A stretch of 63,681 nt of DNA, filler included, from Rhabdomonas costata (taxonomy: Eukaryota): the NCBI GenBank assembly GCA_019059605.1. It is 25 parts of 25 records of this genome, joined end to end, with 100 filler letters (N's around TTAATTAATTAA, not from the genome) between each part and the next. Parts side by side here need not be neighbours in the genome. Positions count along the whole stretch, not along the records: positions 1 to 2,454 come from JAHMHO010003335.1; positions 2,555 to 5,007 come from JAHMHO010003336.1; positions 5,108 to 7,561 come from JAHMHO010003337.1; positions 7,662 to 10,115 come from JAHMHO010003338.1; positions 10,216 to 12,668 come from JAHMHO010003339.1; 20 more parts are not named here. One strand, written 5' to 3'. Below are positions 1 to 12,430 of this stretch, in pieces. The notes under the pieces are model-generated. The model was not told the origin of the DNA and made no database searches. It saw only the letters and a program-made list of their open reading frames with translations. How positions within the stretch are numbered: the stretch's first letter is position 1; every line of letters begins with the position of its first letter. The position numbers and the translations under genes were made by a program.

Positions 1-1802
1 GTTTACCGTTCTCAACTTCTCAGAGGCTATGTGAAACATTTTTACAAAGATTGTAATCTTTTTAAATTTTTTGCTTCGCAATTGCTAAAAAGGAAGTTTA
101 ACATTGGTGTAAAAGTAGGAGAGTGTGTATTTCGATTTTACTTGACGTTTGTGTGTTTCTGTCACCATGCCGCCCAAGAGCCCTCCGAAGAAGGGAAAAG
201 GTCAAGCTATAATTTGGTTAAGTTTTATATTTCTATGTGTGCTTGCTCACATGCAGCACCACACACCGAGTCACAAAGTAACTCGGGCAAGAACACCGCA
301 GCTTGGCTAAAACCAGGGTTGCTGCTCGCCAGCTCTCCGAGCTATCTCGCGAATGGACTTCTTGGACTCGGGCCCCAAGAGCCAAAAGCCAGCATTTTCA
401 CAGACACGCGGAGCTTCCAGCTGTGCCTAAAACATTCCCAGTCCTCTGAGTGCTGAGGCTGGCTGAGAAATCCAAACTGGTTATCAGCTGTGATTTGTCC
501 TTTGTAAGAAAGGTTGGGAGGAAGCGCTCCCTCAGGGCCAAGTGCCTCAAGAGGATCGGGGGCCACCGGAATAACTCCCACTAGCATCCCCGCATGGCGC
601 ATCCGACTTGATGTGCTTGGCCGCTTCGGCTCGTTCAAGGGAGGACATGCGTCTTGAGATTAATTTTCAAAATATGAGAAGGAAGAGCCGCCAAGGGGCA
701 CCGGCTTTAGGTTGAAGGACCTGCAACGCAGCGTTTCGGGAGGCCCACCATTCATAGAAAAGACCCTGGGCCAGCTTCGGCTTTACCCTCTAGAGTTGTC
801 ATTCTTCTTGGAAAAAACCGCTCATCCGATATTAATCCTGCTTCTTAATTTCTACGATTTTTAAGGGGGCTTCTTTCTGTCTTTTTTTTTGAGAGCTCGC
901 GTTGGGTCGTCGCACCCACGGCCCTTAACCACTGCGAGCTTGGTCAAAGCACCTGGAATAAGAACGAGCAAGGTGGGGAACCGCAAAAGCGGTCTCTGTT
1001 TCCGCTCAATATTAATGCACAGAATTACAAAATAAACGTGGGCCGCAAAAGGGGAAGAGACCACCACGAGGATGGGAGGTGGGAATAAATCACACATATC
1101 GGCTGAGAGGATCTGGTGAGTCTGCTGGCTCATCTCCAAGGAAAAGAGGGGCCCACATTCCCCAGCTTGGGAGTAAGCACCCGACAGCTGTTAGGTTTTG
1201 ATTAATTTCGGGGTTCACCGGGTGTGGAATACCTCCCTCTTATAAGACGATTCGGAGCCAATTTAGCCCAAAATGTCACAGGTCAGGTGAAATGCCGTCC
1301 GAGTATCTCGCACCTCACCTCCATTAATCCCGAACCGAAATTATGAGCAGCAGCAGCAGCAGGCATTATACAGCGGAAGCGTGATTTAGATTTTTCAAGC
1401 AAAGCCCCAATCCAGTTAATGAGTAAAAAAAATTGAGTAATCGGCCAAAATAAGTTATGAACTGCTAGTGGAATTGGGTTGTGTTTTCTGCTTCAACGGT
1501 GGCTTTGCACCACCCCAAATTTCAGCCCTAAAAGCAGGATTGCCACTTCGTCTTTCTCCACCCATCTAGTTCACGCAAAGAGTCGCTTGGACTTTGGTTT
1601 CACAACAGAACTGACAGCGCAGCTGAAAACCCCTCCGCACCCATGGCTCAGCAAAATTTCCCTCGCTCTCGGAGTCTCACTCTCCGGGGGACACTGCGTT
1701 GGCATTGGCGTTCAGTCCGACCTCATTTGCCTCTAAATGGTCTTTGGACCTGAAACTGGATTTCATTCTCCATGTTATTTGCGTGCACTGCCGTTTTTGC
1801 AG

Positions 1803-2303
1803 GCAAAGGCGAAGACGAAGCTGCCGCTGAGCGCGAAAGGATTGCGAAGGAGCAAGAAGAAGCCAGGCTTCGTGCAGAAGAAGAAGAAAAACGGAAGCGA
1901 GCTGAAGAGCAAAAGAAGAAGCAGGAAGAGGAGGAGGTTTGCGGGACGTTTTGCTTTTTTTGTTGCAGTCTTATGCTTGTTATTGCTTGTTGCTCGTCAT
2001 CATCTGTCTGAGACAGATGAATTGCATATGATTGGCGACAGTTTGTGCTGAATCGCGGCAGCTTTCTCTTTTTTCCTTTCAAACGGTTTCAGAGTGTCTT
2101 CTGCAAGGGGTCTTGGATTGTTTTGCTCATTTTGGAAACAGGCTAAGCGCCGCAAGGAAGAGGACGAGCGGAGGAAGAAAGAAGAGGAAGAGCGGCGAGC
2201 CCGCGAAGATGAGGAGCGCAAACAGCGGGAACGCGAAAGAGAAATCCAGCAGCTGCAGCTTCTCGACGAGAAGGAGAAAGAAATCAATGACTTGAACCAG
2301 AAG
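1803..2303 (+). CDS. Glu/Arg/Lys-rich coiled-coil (SAH-like) protein, internal fragment, 2 exons (1803-1936, 2142-2303)
   Basis: ttttgcAG acceptor at 1801-1802, GT donor at 1937, aaacAG acceptor ending 2141, GT donor at 2304. The exons join in phase 0 to give ...AERERIAKEQEEARLRAEEEEKRKRAEEQKKKQEEEE|AKRRKEEDERRKKEEEERRAREDEERKQREREREIQQLQLLDEKEKEINDLNQK. Confidence 0.75.
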
Positions 2304-2454
2304 GTTCCTGTTGTGAATTGGACCGTTTCTCCTTCTTCCTTTGTACCTGTGACATTCTTTTTTCTTGCCCCTGCGCCCTGGTCCCAATTAGTTCTATGCC
2401 ACTGTGTTCCCGTGCTTCTCCATCTCCCCCTTCTCCCCAACAACCCCACACACA

Positions 2455-2554
2455 NNNNNNNNNNNNNNNNNNNNNNNNNNNNNNNNNNNNNNNNNNNNTT
2501 AATTAATTAANNNNNNNNNNNNNNNNNNNNNNNNNNNNNNNNNNNNNNNNNNNN
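2455..2554. other. Artificial contig-joining spacer N44-TTAATTAATTAA-N44 (first of 24)
   Basis: Identical 100-bp spacers with stops in all six frames start at 2455, 5008, 7562, 10116, 12669, 15222, 17777, 20329, 22881, 25433, 27984, 30536, 33087, 35641, 38192, 40743, 43289, 45839, 48392, 50941, 53489, 56036, 58585 and 61134. They delimit 25 contigs of ~2.45 kb, consistent with a length-sorted assembly. Confidence 0.99.
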
Positions 2555-3149
2555 TTTTGTGGGTGGGGGACGGTTACGGTCCTCATGTAGGACCAAGCTG
2601 CACGATCGTTGAAAATAGCAACAGAAAGGGACGCAAGCTCATTTGCCTTTGTGCTGTCGAAACCACCTGAGAGAGAGCGCTGCAACTGACGGCTCTCATG
2701 CACGTTACACACACAAAGCAGCCGAAGACAACCCTAAACATCACCGCACAGGGTTAGAGTGTGCAAATGTGAAAGTAAATTGACGGGAAAAAATGTGGAA
2801 AAACGCTGCCTGATCAAGGAAGAAGCGATGGGGGCGACAGTTCTTGTGGAACATCTGAAAAGCACCACGAAGGACTTTTTTCAGTGTGTTGCAGCCTACC
2901 TTGCCGATTCGCACTAAGTTTTAGAGCGTCTATAGTGCAAAATCCACGGCTCTTTTCAGTGTTAGAGCCTGCTATAGGGAATAAGGAAAGATAAACCAAA
3001 CACAACGCTGCAGATCGCCGCAACTACAACGCGAACGCACGTGCCTTTGTACTGTCCGCGCTGAACTGCACGGACGAAACCTGATTCTCATGCAGAAAGC
3101 ACAGCAGCTCACGGCTCGTCGGTACGTCCGATTCAAGTGGTGCAATCAC

Positions 3150-3280
3150 AGGAGCCGGTCATCGATGGTTCCCATCCATGGGCATGGCCATTCCTGCCCT
3201 GAGCAGAGTACCACCCCCACCTCACCTGGACCACCTCCCTGGAGTGCAGCCGAGTCCGTGGAAAGCTGAGCCATTACCAT
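3150..3280 (-). pseudogene. Degenerate partial copy of the F-box N-terminal exon
   Basis: 3170-3250 (cccatccatgggcatggccattcctgccctgagcagagtaccaccccc...ggagtgcagcc) resembles 4042-4115 (cctacccacggggacgggcactcccgccctgagcacagcagcacccct...ggggtgcagtc). Translations EVGVVLCSGQEWPCPWMG vs QVGVLLCSGRECPSPWVG; the F-box core is disrupted in this copy. Confidence 0.5.
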
Positions 3281-3469
3281 GGTGGTCGGGCCCATCGTGT
3301 CATGTCTTGAGTATATCATGTCTCCTGACAGAACTGACAGGAGGACCCTACCCACGCAGAACAGGAAAGCAAGCAAAAAGAAAAAACTGAAGAAACATCC
3401 CAACAGAAGCCAGAGCAGTGGCGTAGCGAAAGCAGAAATGGCCCGCATTCCAACCCATCCTTCCGACCC

Positions 3470-4167
3470 CACAGCCGCCCCACTGAGCGAGTTGCACAGC
3501 AGTGCTGTGGTATCCCCACTGCCAGTTAGGAGGTGACCTCCCTCCGGGCTGAAGCTTACACAAAAAACGCAACCATTGTGGTGGGCGAGCTTCAACAGCT
3601 GCTCCCCTGTGACAAGGCTCAGCATCCGCACAGTGCCGTCGTTGTAAGCAACAGCAGCGCGAACACCTGCGATTGCCCCGACAAACGAGCCCTTCGCACT
3701 AGAAACAGTGGAGCACTACACAAGTAAACAAGGGGTGATTTCATCGGTTTAGCTATGATTCCCGAACGATTAACAAGGCTCCTCCAGTCACACAGTTCAA
3801 AACTAGCAGTCGGGAGCGCGTTAGACGGGTACCCCCCGCACTGTGCCTCCGCCGTACACTCCGACCAAAAAGAAAAAGCAAGGGACCGAGAGACCGACCA
3901 AACGTAGGGAAACAGTAAGTGGAAGAGTGGAGGCCCCTGATTCGCACCACAGGGAGATATAGCGCAGTGTTCAATGCTGCAAACGCCAGCGAACATCTGG
4001 GGCCGTGGCCTTTTCCGCAGCTCCTCCGAAACCACACTTCCTACCCACGGGGACGGGCACTCCCGCCCTGAGCACAGCAGCACCCCTACCTGCACCACCT
4101 CTTTGGGGTGCAGTCGCGCCAGCACTTCACCCAATAGGTCACCGGGAAGCCGATCAACCTTGCCCAT
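3470..4167 (-). CDS. F-box/WD40-repeat protein, 5' part (exons 4167-3948, 3666-~3470)
   Basis: ATG at 4167, then F-box-like VDRLPGDLLGEVLARLHPKEVVQV. A GT-AG intron 3947-3667 in phase 1 joins to give IEHCAISPCG-VRAAVAYNDGTVRMLSLVTGEQLLKLAHHNGCVFCVSFSPEGGHLLTGSGDTTALLCN, two recognisable WD40 repeats. The end of the second exon is approximate. Confidence 0.8.
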
Positions 4168-5669
4168 CACCACCACCGCTTCTCACCCTATATCGGAACT
4201 AGAAACGCACACAGCCCTCCAAATTCAAAAGAGGCTGAATTCAAAAACACGACAGAGCTGCCTCGCACAAGAGCAGCTGGAAGTGCAATTTGACGTCGAG
4301 TGATGAAAAGGGTCTGAAACAGTCAAGATCAGACCTGAAGCTCGAGGGAAAATGGAAGGGCCCAAAGTGCAAAACACCCGAAGGCGAAATACATGGAAGA
4401 ATGTCTGGGCCCCTACCGTTTTCGAAAAAGTGGATGCAGCGCGATAACATAGATTATCGATACGGTTACTTTTAGAAGAAAGCTGAGCGATTCAACGGCA
4501 TTCAACGGGACAGGTATGGCGATAGGAGTAGACAGCAGGAGGGCTAGAGCAGGGTCTGGGAATAACTAAAAAGTCGTCAACAGGCGGTAACAACCCAGAA
4601 TGCGGCTGCCTAAGGCCTAACATGTATGCTGGGCTCTGGCGGACCGCTACGAAAGCATGAGAAAATTAGTTCAACACATAAGGGCCGCCAAGGCCCGCCG
4701 GCAAACGAGCGGGGAGCGTCGCTGACGCTCCCATGAATGAGCGAAGGCACATCGCTATGCCGGCCGAGAGGCAGATCCGGCACAACAAGTATGGGCTGGG
4801 GGCAGGAATAAAGTCGAAACAGAAATGGAAGTTGAAGAGCAGCAATGCTGTGTTTTGTCCCAAAGATGCACAGACGGACGCAGTGGGATCTCGGAACGAA
4901 AAATAACCAGCTCGCCGAATATCTCTTCATACGTCCACGCAGCCAACCAAGCAACGCTTGATTAACGTGTCGAAAAAGTTCGACCTGCCGGAACCATACC
5001 AACCACANNNNNNNNNNNNNNNNNNNNNNNNNNNNNNNNNNNNNNNNNNNNTTAATTAATTAANNNNNNNNNNNNNNNNNNNNNNNNNNNNNNNNNNNNN
5101 NNNNNNNGTGTTGGGTGTGTGTGGGTTGTTGGGTAAGGGACCAATTAAGCGGCGGCAGAACAAGACAAATAAAGCAGCCACACGGCTCCACGGGGATGGC
5201 AAGCGATACCGTGAACAGGTGATAAATACCACGGTAACGATGGAAGAAGTGTAGTAATCGATTAAGAAGGTCTTTCAAACGAAGGATCAAAGCATCTAGC
5301 CTCCAGTGCGCACCCGACTTCCGACTCCAATGGGACCCCCTTCACGGGGGATCTACGTGTGCGCGGTGTGCGGTCGACTGCGCTGTGAAAGAGATGGCAG
5401 AAAAGACAATGTTTGATAGAATGGATTAGCAAAACCAATTTTCTCAAAAACATGTCTGTCAAACCTGCAGAGGTAAATTGGACGGGGGCAAGGGTTCGTG
5501 CGGCGGATAAAAAGCAGTGCTTGGTAGAATGGTGCTGCTGCGGGGGCAGACTGGATCGCGAGCGGGAATATGATGGTGTGTGAGGGAAGGTGGGGAGAGA
5601 AAAATGGGAAGAGGGTAATACAAAGCTCTGCCCGCCCTGGACGTTTTTCATCGACGCACACACATACAC

Positions 5670-7561
5670 ACCACGGCCTTATACATATCGACGTACAGCG
5701 GGTCGTTGAAGTGTTTCACCAGCGTGCCCCCGGGCGTGGTGTAAATCGTTGGGTGCCCCATCGGGGAGCCATACTCCTCGGCCCCCGCAAGGGCCTCGCT
5801 CCATTGGGGCTCCTCTAGTAAGGCAGGGGCCCGGGGCAGAGGCTTGCACCTTGTCCTGCGGTGGCAGGCAGGCACACGTGGGAGCGGGGGCGGAACTGGA
5901 TCTAGGCCATCCCTGACCAACCTTGCGGGGGGCTCGAAGAGATCTGGGGGCAGAAGCAGCGCTGGTTGCTCCAAGACAGCGGCCAGGGGCTTCTTGAACC
6001 GCAGCAAAGCGGTGGTGCAGAGTGGGGCCACGGCGCAAAGCACGGACCCCCCGAAGGGAAGGCGGGGGGTGGGCCAAGAAGAAAGCCTGCAGGGGCACTT
6101 CCCTGAAGGCATCCCTATCCGATCCACTCAAACAAATAAAGAACAAAAACAATCAGTTGTTGTCAGACTGGCGCTGCCGGTGTTCCACCGAACGTGAATT
6201 CCTCCTTTTTCTTTTGCAGCAAGACCTCAAAAAAAGGACTCCAAAAGAAACCTCTAGGGCTGGTGCCAAAAAAAAAATCGAAATTGAAAAACCAAGGCCC
6301 ACTCGGTTGCCAGTGAAAAGTACTCCACGGCTTTGCCCTTAGGTATGCTAAGCACCTTGGCTGAACACTTAGGCTACCTTAGAAGTCCAAAAAGTGTGTT
6401 TGTAATGCCGCAGGCCACAAAAACCTCAAGTGAACAATCTCAGATGCCATGCTGCTAGAGGCTGGAAAGCTCAGCTCAGGAGTATTACCATCCCACCAAA
6501 TAAACTTGTGCCAGGTCCTCCAGTCGAGCTCCGCTCCAGCTTCCGTCCCACGGTAGCCGATGTGGGAAGTCATCTAGCGACCTAAAGAAATGGTCCAACT
6601 CTCTTGACACCTGTTCTCCGGAGGCTGGCACAGGAGATAAGACGGACCCCCTCCGAAAAAAAACCCGATAAAAAGAAGGAATTCATCTGCTAACCAAAGC
6701 CGACAAACACTCAGCTAACGGATAAACAAAGAAACCAACAGACAAAGAACAAGGGGGGAGTCAATCAACGGAGGTTCACTGTAGTAGGAAGAGGTAGAGG
6801 AAGCTGATAATGGCATGGCTCTCTCCATTTGAGCTTGATTTCTCTCCTGCTTTGGACAGCGAACTGCTTTGGACAGCAAGGTGAATTCGGCACTAGTACT
6901 TAATGGTCAGCTAAGGTCGACGCCCAACCCACAAGACAAGAAAGGGGGAATTCCGATAGCACCGGGTATTAAGGCTGAAGTCGCATCCGATTTCATTTTG
7001 CCGCTCCTTTCATAGCTTAGGCGCCGACTGTTCCCCTGCAGCAGCAACTTCAGTTCACAATGCGAACAGCACATACTCAAACAAGCAGCAAGTGTACAGT
7101 AATCCAGACATGTTAAAAAGGCTATGAGACGCACACACACAACAGGAATGAAAACAGAAACATGAGATGGATGGCAACTCCCTGCGCACCCCCGGCCGAT
7201 GGAAGGTGGGCTGGATAACTCCTAGAGTGCCCACCATTACTGCCTACCCTTTAGGTAGGTCGTGTCCAGCTCCTCGATGCGGTCCTTGAGACGCTCCCTT
7301 CGCTGCCTCCGGAAGCGACTGCGGAAGCCATCGTCGGCGACCTAGAGAAAAATGGAAGAGATTGTTAGCCAGCCAGTGCTGGACCAGGGAGCGGGGCACG
7401 GGGAGGGGGCACAAGTACCCGCTGCACATCCATCACGTTGACATCCGAGAGGGTGCTGGCCTTCATCTGGGCAGCGGTGTTCAGCGACCACCACCCCGTG
7501 GAGCGGCCCACGTACAGCCCTGTCACCGCGACGCCCTCCAGGTACACCGCCGGGAACACCC
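5670..7561 (-). CDS. Hypothetical multi-exon protein fragment (exons 7561-7419 and 7341-7248; probable further exon(s) within ~6100-5670)
   Basis: GT-AG intron 7418-7342 joins ...SDVNVMDVQR to VADDGFRSRFRRQRRERLKDRIEELDTTYLK in phase 0, with GC3-rich codons. The GC-rich open frame at 5648-6127 looks coding. No family recognised and the downstream joins are unresolved. Confidence 0.45.
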
Positions 7562-8171
7562 NNNNNNNNNNNNNNNNNNNNNNNNNNNNNNNNNNNNNNN
7601 NNNNNTTAATTAATTAANNNNNNNNNNNNNNNNNNNNNNNNNNNNNNNNNNNNNNNNNNNNAAGAGCTGGTGAGGACGAATGGGGTCTTATGTGCAATCG
7701 AACGTCGGTTTGATATTCGCTCTTTTGGCTACGGTGCGATGCCCGGAACCCGCCCAACTCCATCCTAATCGATTATATATGGAACAATCCAATGGCCACT
7801 GCACATCTGCACATCGTCACGGGTGGGCGCACCTCCACCAGAACTTGCACACCGCATGCGAACGGCCGGATGCTGCGTGCAACACTATGACATACCAGCT
7901 GAACAATATCAACCCAGGGGCAGATCAGAGCCTTCCTAACCGAGAGTGACAGTGGATGCTCCATGGCAAGGCGAATGAGCCAATGCAAGGACGCAAAAAA
8001 TGATATTACACCACCCAACAAATTTGACCCTCGTCATCTCTTTGTTTCTTTGTCGCCCCCCCTCCCCCGCCCCCTCTACATCAAGACTCACAACTCAGGG
8101 AACGTGTGTGCCCTGGCAAAAGGTGAGTTCAGGAGCCCTCTCCGCTAGTGTTTGCCATTGTTTTTTTTCAG

Positions 8172-9932
8172 GAAGCTGGAGGGCCTTGGAACCACTGTTG
8201 CGGAACTGCAGACTCAATGCGAGTCTAACTGGCGGGTACCTGTCTCCTTTCTGAGCTTTTGTTTTTTTTCCATATATCTCCCAAAAGAGTACGTTGTCAG
8301 AGCCCGCAGGATCTATTAGTTTTTTGTGATGTGGAACTCGTTCTCATTGTTTTTCCTGTCTATCTCCTCAGGAGTCTTCTAAAGGCCTGAGCCAGTTGGG
8401 GAGCGATGTCTCCCAGGTCAAGCGAAATGTTCAGGGTTTCGAGGAACGCCTTGCGCAGCTCAGGGACAAAGTTGTCACGGCAACCGAGGTCTTGTGTTTT
8501 TGAATGATGATTATTGATTTTGGAAGAGAGTGAAAATGGGCTAGTCTGCAGAGAAATGCTGTTCTGATGGGTGCAGTCAAAAGATTGGGCATATGTGCAT
8601 TTATGCCCCCCCCCTCCCCAACCCGCTGTAACCTTCACATGTATGTCCAACAAATGAAGGCACCTAGGATCAAGACAGCCTGGAAAGAGTCGCAGGGAGT
8701 GCGCCCATGGCCTCCTAACCCCCTGCAAAAGCCTCTGTTAGAATTCCAGGGCAGGCGTGCATCGCCACCCAACCCCCTCCAATCCTATATTAGAATATGT
8801 TAAAATTCCAGGGGACCCGCACATCGCCTCATGACCCCCTGCAAATCTTTCATTGGGAACCCTTACATTGCCTCCTAACCCCCTGCAAAAGCTTCTATTG
8901 TTCAGAGCACCGTGCATCGCCACCTAACCCCTTGCAAATTCCTGTATTAGAATCCCAGGGGAACCGTGCATGACCTCCTAACCCCTTGCACTCTCCGGAA
9001 TGGGCCCATAAAAGCACTAGTATACAGCCCAAACCCCGGGGTGGACCCGCCCTGCTGAGGGGTGGGAGGCATTCTCGCACTTGATAGGGGGGTCCATAAA
9101 TGCACTAGCGCCAAAGATTGAATTCCAATTGAGAACAGTAAGTGTTGTGAATGGCATGTTCACTGTCTTCTGCGCCTGCCTCAGGAGACCCGCAAAGCCC
9201 GTAGCGAGCAGAGCTCTCTCCGGACCGACCTAACGGAGCTTCAGGCCCAGTATGTTTGGCTTGCCTGTTACTTTTGTCCCTCCTCGCCGCACACACTTTT
9301 TCCACGTAACACTGTTTTTGATGCCACTCCGGTGTCTTCATGGTGAAACGCATTGTTCATCGGCGGTTGTTGTTGGATGAACCTGACTAGCTGGCAGGTT
9401 TACCTGTGACTATTTCCGGTCCGTTCTGAACTTTATTTGAACATATCTTTCCGTCACAGGCTGGAAAAGCTCTCCGACGGATCTGCCCAGCATCTAGATG
9501 CCCTTGGTCGGGGCCTGCAGGAAGCTTCAAAGGTCGCCCGGGAGGCCGCTGCTGTGGCCAAGGACCACTGCTCGAGCTGCACCTCCACACGTGCGTGCGC
9601 ATAGCGACCGATTCCATACCACCCCACCCTAGTAGTACATGGTTCGTTTGGAGCCACAGACTTCCATTCGTAACGGGGGGTCGTTCACGAATTTGCATCA
9701 GAACACAATGTGGTTCTCCTTTTGAAAGAGAGAGGGAGGGATGCGCTGGTGCTCCAGACTGCTTGCAGTACGCCAGAATGGAAGAAGGATTGCCAGTGAC
9801 ACTTGCTTGTGCTGCTGCGGTCAGGGGAGACTCTCGCCCTGCGTGTCACTCGGGCCGCGGAGCAGGCCGAAGCTGCCTCGAACGGGATACAATCCCTGTC
9901 GGAGGGGCTCACAGAGCTGCGGCTCCGCTCAG
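8172..9932 (+). CDS. Coiled-coil protein, internal fragment, 5 exons (8172-8235, 8372-8488, 9185-9249, 9460-9590, 9825-9932)
   Basis: All four introns are GT-AG with compatible phases (0,0,2,1). The product KLEGLGTTVAELQTQCESNWR-ESSKGLSQLGSDVSQVKRNVQGFEERLAQLRDKVVTATE-ETRKARSEQSSLRTDLTELQAQ-LEKLSDG...-ETLALRVTRAAEQAEAASNGIQSLSEGLTELRLRS shows heptad periodicity. Confidence 0.8.
8700..8990. repeat. Degenerate intronic minisatellite, ~45-65 bp unit, about 6 copies
   Basis: Recurring core gcatcgcc(t/a)cctaaccccctgcaaa...ttagaattccagggg at ~8710, 8760, 8822, 8868, 8914 and 8968, inside intron 8489-9184 of the coiled-coil gene. Confidence 0.8.
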
Positions 9933-10562
9933 GTCCGCGTGCGGCTCGGGCGCGAGAACGATGCCTTTCATCTAGTCAGAATTCACTGCTGAACATCTGT
10001 TCGCACACAGCGGTTTTTTCATCCTGAATCCTTGATATGTGGTATCACTTTCAACCTTCTTATGCGGTTGCAATGATCGGATACTAGTCGGTTGAAAGTG
10101 ATACCACACACTACCNNNNNNNNNNNNNNNNNNNNNNNNNNNNNNNNNNNNNNNNNNNNTTAATTAATTAANNNNNNNNNNNNNNNNNNNNNNNNNNNNN
10201 NNNNNNNNNNNNNNNGGGTTGTCATGTTGTCAATAGTGGCCATTGGAAAAGACAAAACCTTCACGCAATCCTCGCTTATTGCTTCAGAAAAGCTCTACGA
10301 CAACAAAACATCTTGGCATATTGGGGTTTTCGCCAGGCTAGTAAGGTCGCAAAGACCCAGCACAGATCAAAGACCTCTAACGAAGTCATTGCTAACTGTA
10401 TTAGCAGCTGTAACCTGCCTGACCTTACCTAACAACGAGATCAATCTTCATATGTATAACCAGAATTTCGCATTGCGCCGATCCAATTTCTACCGTTATG
10501 CATCTCCTAGGCAAGAGCAAGGAAAGAGCGGAAGCGTGGCCCCCCAATGGACCTGCACATAC

Positions 10563-12430
10563 CATGTACTTCGTGTCTTTGGTGAGGCCGCGGCGGAGGA
10601 TGGAGTGCCAGTTGTCCACGGGGGAGCCATGCCACGCGAACATTGTTCTTCCGCCGCACTGCGCCTTCAGATCAGAGAACTCATGCTGCTTCTGTGTGAG
10701 AGCCGCAGTCACCCAAAAATGGTAAGAAAATAACAATGACCAATATTTCCATAACGGCAAATTCCTGGGACTCCACTTTCCAGAATGCACGCGGGAGGCG
10801 ATCCCTATATCATGGGGAGGTAGGTCTTAAGTGCAATATACGTGTACAGAGAATCACCAGACCGGCCCTTCTGATGCGTATAAAAACGGACCCGAATCTT
10901 TTCCTGCAAGGCCGGCCCTGGGATGTTGACCTGGTGGGGCCCCTCGCAACATAGCTGTACAACAAAAAAAATTTCCCCTCCCGTCCCAAACCAGCCACTG
11001 AAGAGCATGATGGTCAACTTAACGTGTAGGTGTGCCTTTTCAAGGTGATGCGGAACCCGCAACCGAAAGAATCTTGCGAAAGCTCAAAACCGGCCAGGGT
11101 GTTTGGAGCTTGCAATGGCGCAAGCCTCCTATATTTGGTCTTGCTGATTTACGGTTTACGGATTTACAACATACAGTTTTCCAACTGCGTCTGTTAGATT
11201 AGGACGCCGCGAAGTCTTTTCACCCTGAATTAACTGGATTTCGTGATGAATCCAGAAAGTCTTCAGAGTGTTAGGCCAAGCTAGGAGTTAGATAAGGAGT
11301 ACTTTCCTGGGCATTTTTTTTTGGGGGGGGTGGTGCTTCAATGCTGAAGCGAGCTGTGGATTTTGTGACCGGCGGCTGGTTGGTGAAGGAAATGTACGGG
11401 CTCAGCTTTGAACTCGTCTGTGCTGAAGCGTAGCGCTGAGTTTACGGTGCAACGTACCTTTCAATTGCACCGCAAACTCCTCTCACACAAAAGCTCCCCC
11501 AAGAGAGGATTGCGCAACAACAAATCACCCTGACTTTTCCCTGCTCCACGCTGATTCACTCTCCATCACAAGTTTTTCTTTTTTGATTTGCCGTACAATG
11601 CAAATATTTGAATAATATTCATGCAATTCCACTGACTAGAAAGGAGGGAAACCGGGACTGGTTTCAGGCCACCAAGACCAATATGCGAAGGAGTGAAGGG
11701 AAAGCGTGGAGAGAAGCGGAAGAAGAAAAAAAAATGAAGAATACCTCGGGGGCTGCGGTGACGAGAAGGAACTGGTGAGGGGTGTGCATGCTGGGCAGGT
11801 GGTACTCCTCACTAAGACGTACAATGTGGGAGCGGTTGGAGGAGATCACCCACTGCAGCATCAGCCACGCGTGGGGATGCTTCCCTTGGAGACTGCAGCC
11901 CGCCACACACACAGCGCCTCGGGATAAACAATTGAGTAGACTTTAATCCAAAAGGCATCGCCCGTCTCTTCATTGGTCCCTCAGGTGTGAAATGCACCCA
12001 TTGAAAGTCCACGCGTTCAGGGTGAGCGAGACATGTCTGGTGGAAAATAACCTTGATGATGAAAGACGCCGCACGTCGGCATTGGCGGTTTAACTGTTTT
12101 AGTACCATTAAACGAAAGGACTGGAGAGTTTCATGGCGACTGCATCCTGAAAGCCGTTAAAATTAGAGCGAATGTCAGAACCGAACAGCGGATGCTATTT
12201 TAACGTCAGGGGGTAGACAAAGCAACATCGGATGAAAAAGCTGGGTAAACAACGAGCGTTGACCATGTACCTCCCCCCCGTCTGAAACCCAAGTGAACAC
12301 CCGCAAGGCAGACCTTTCAATGCTCTGCTGTTCCCCGTGATCCATATACTCTTGTTTTGTAAAGCTCGGGAAGGCGGAGAACACCTTCCGCACTTCGTTC
12401 AAGTTTCTTGCGTCCGGGGAGTACAGAAAT
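10563..12430 (-). CDS. PARP6/PARP8-like ADP-ribosyltransferase, internal fragment (exons 12430-12314, 11892-11745, 10691-10563)
   Basis: GT-AG spliced product ...RNLNEVRKVFSAFPS...IES-LQGKHPHAWLMLQWVISSNRSHIVRLSEEYHLPSMHTPHQFLLVTAAPE-KQHEFSDLKAQCGGRTMFAWHGSPVDNWHSILRRGL. This matches the PARP6/8 signatures LQWxISSNRSHIV, MHTxHQFLL and FAxHGSxxxNWHSILRxGL. Confidence 0.88.
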
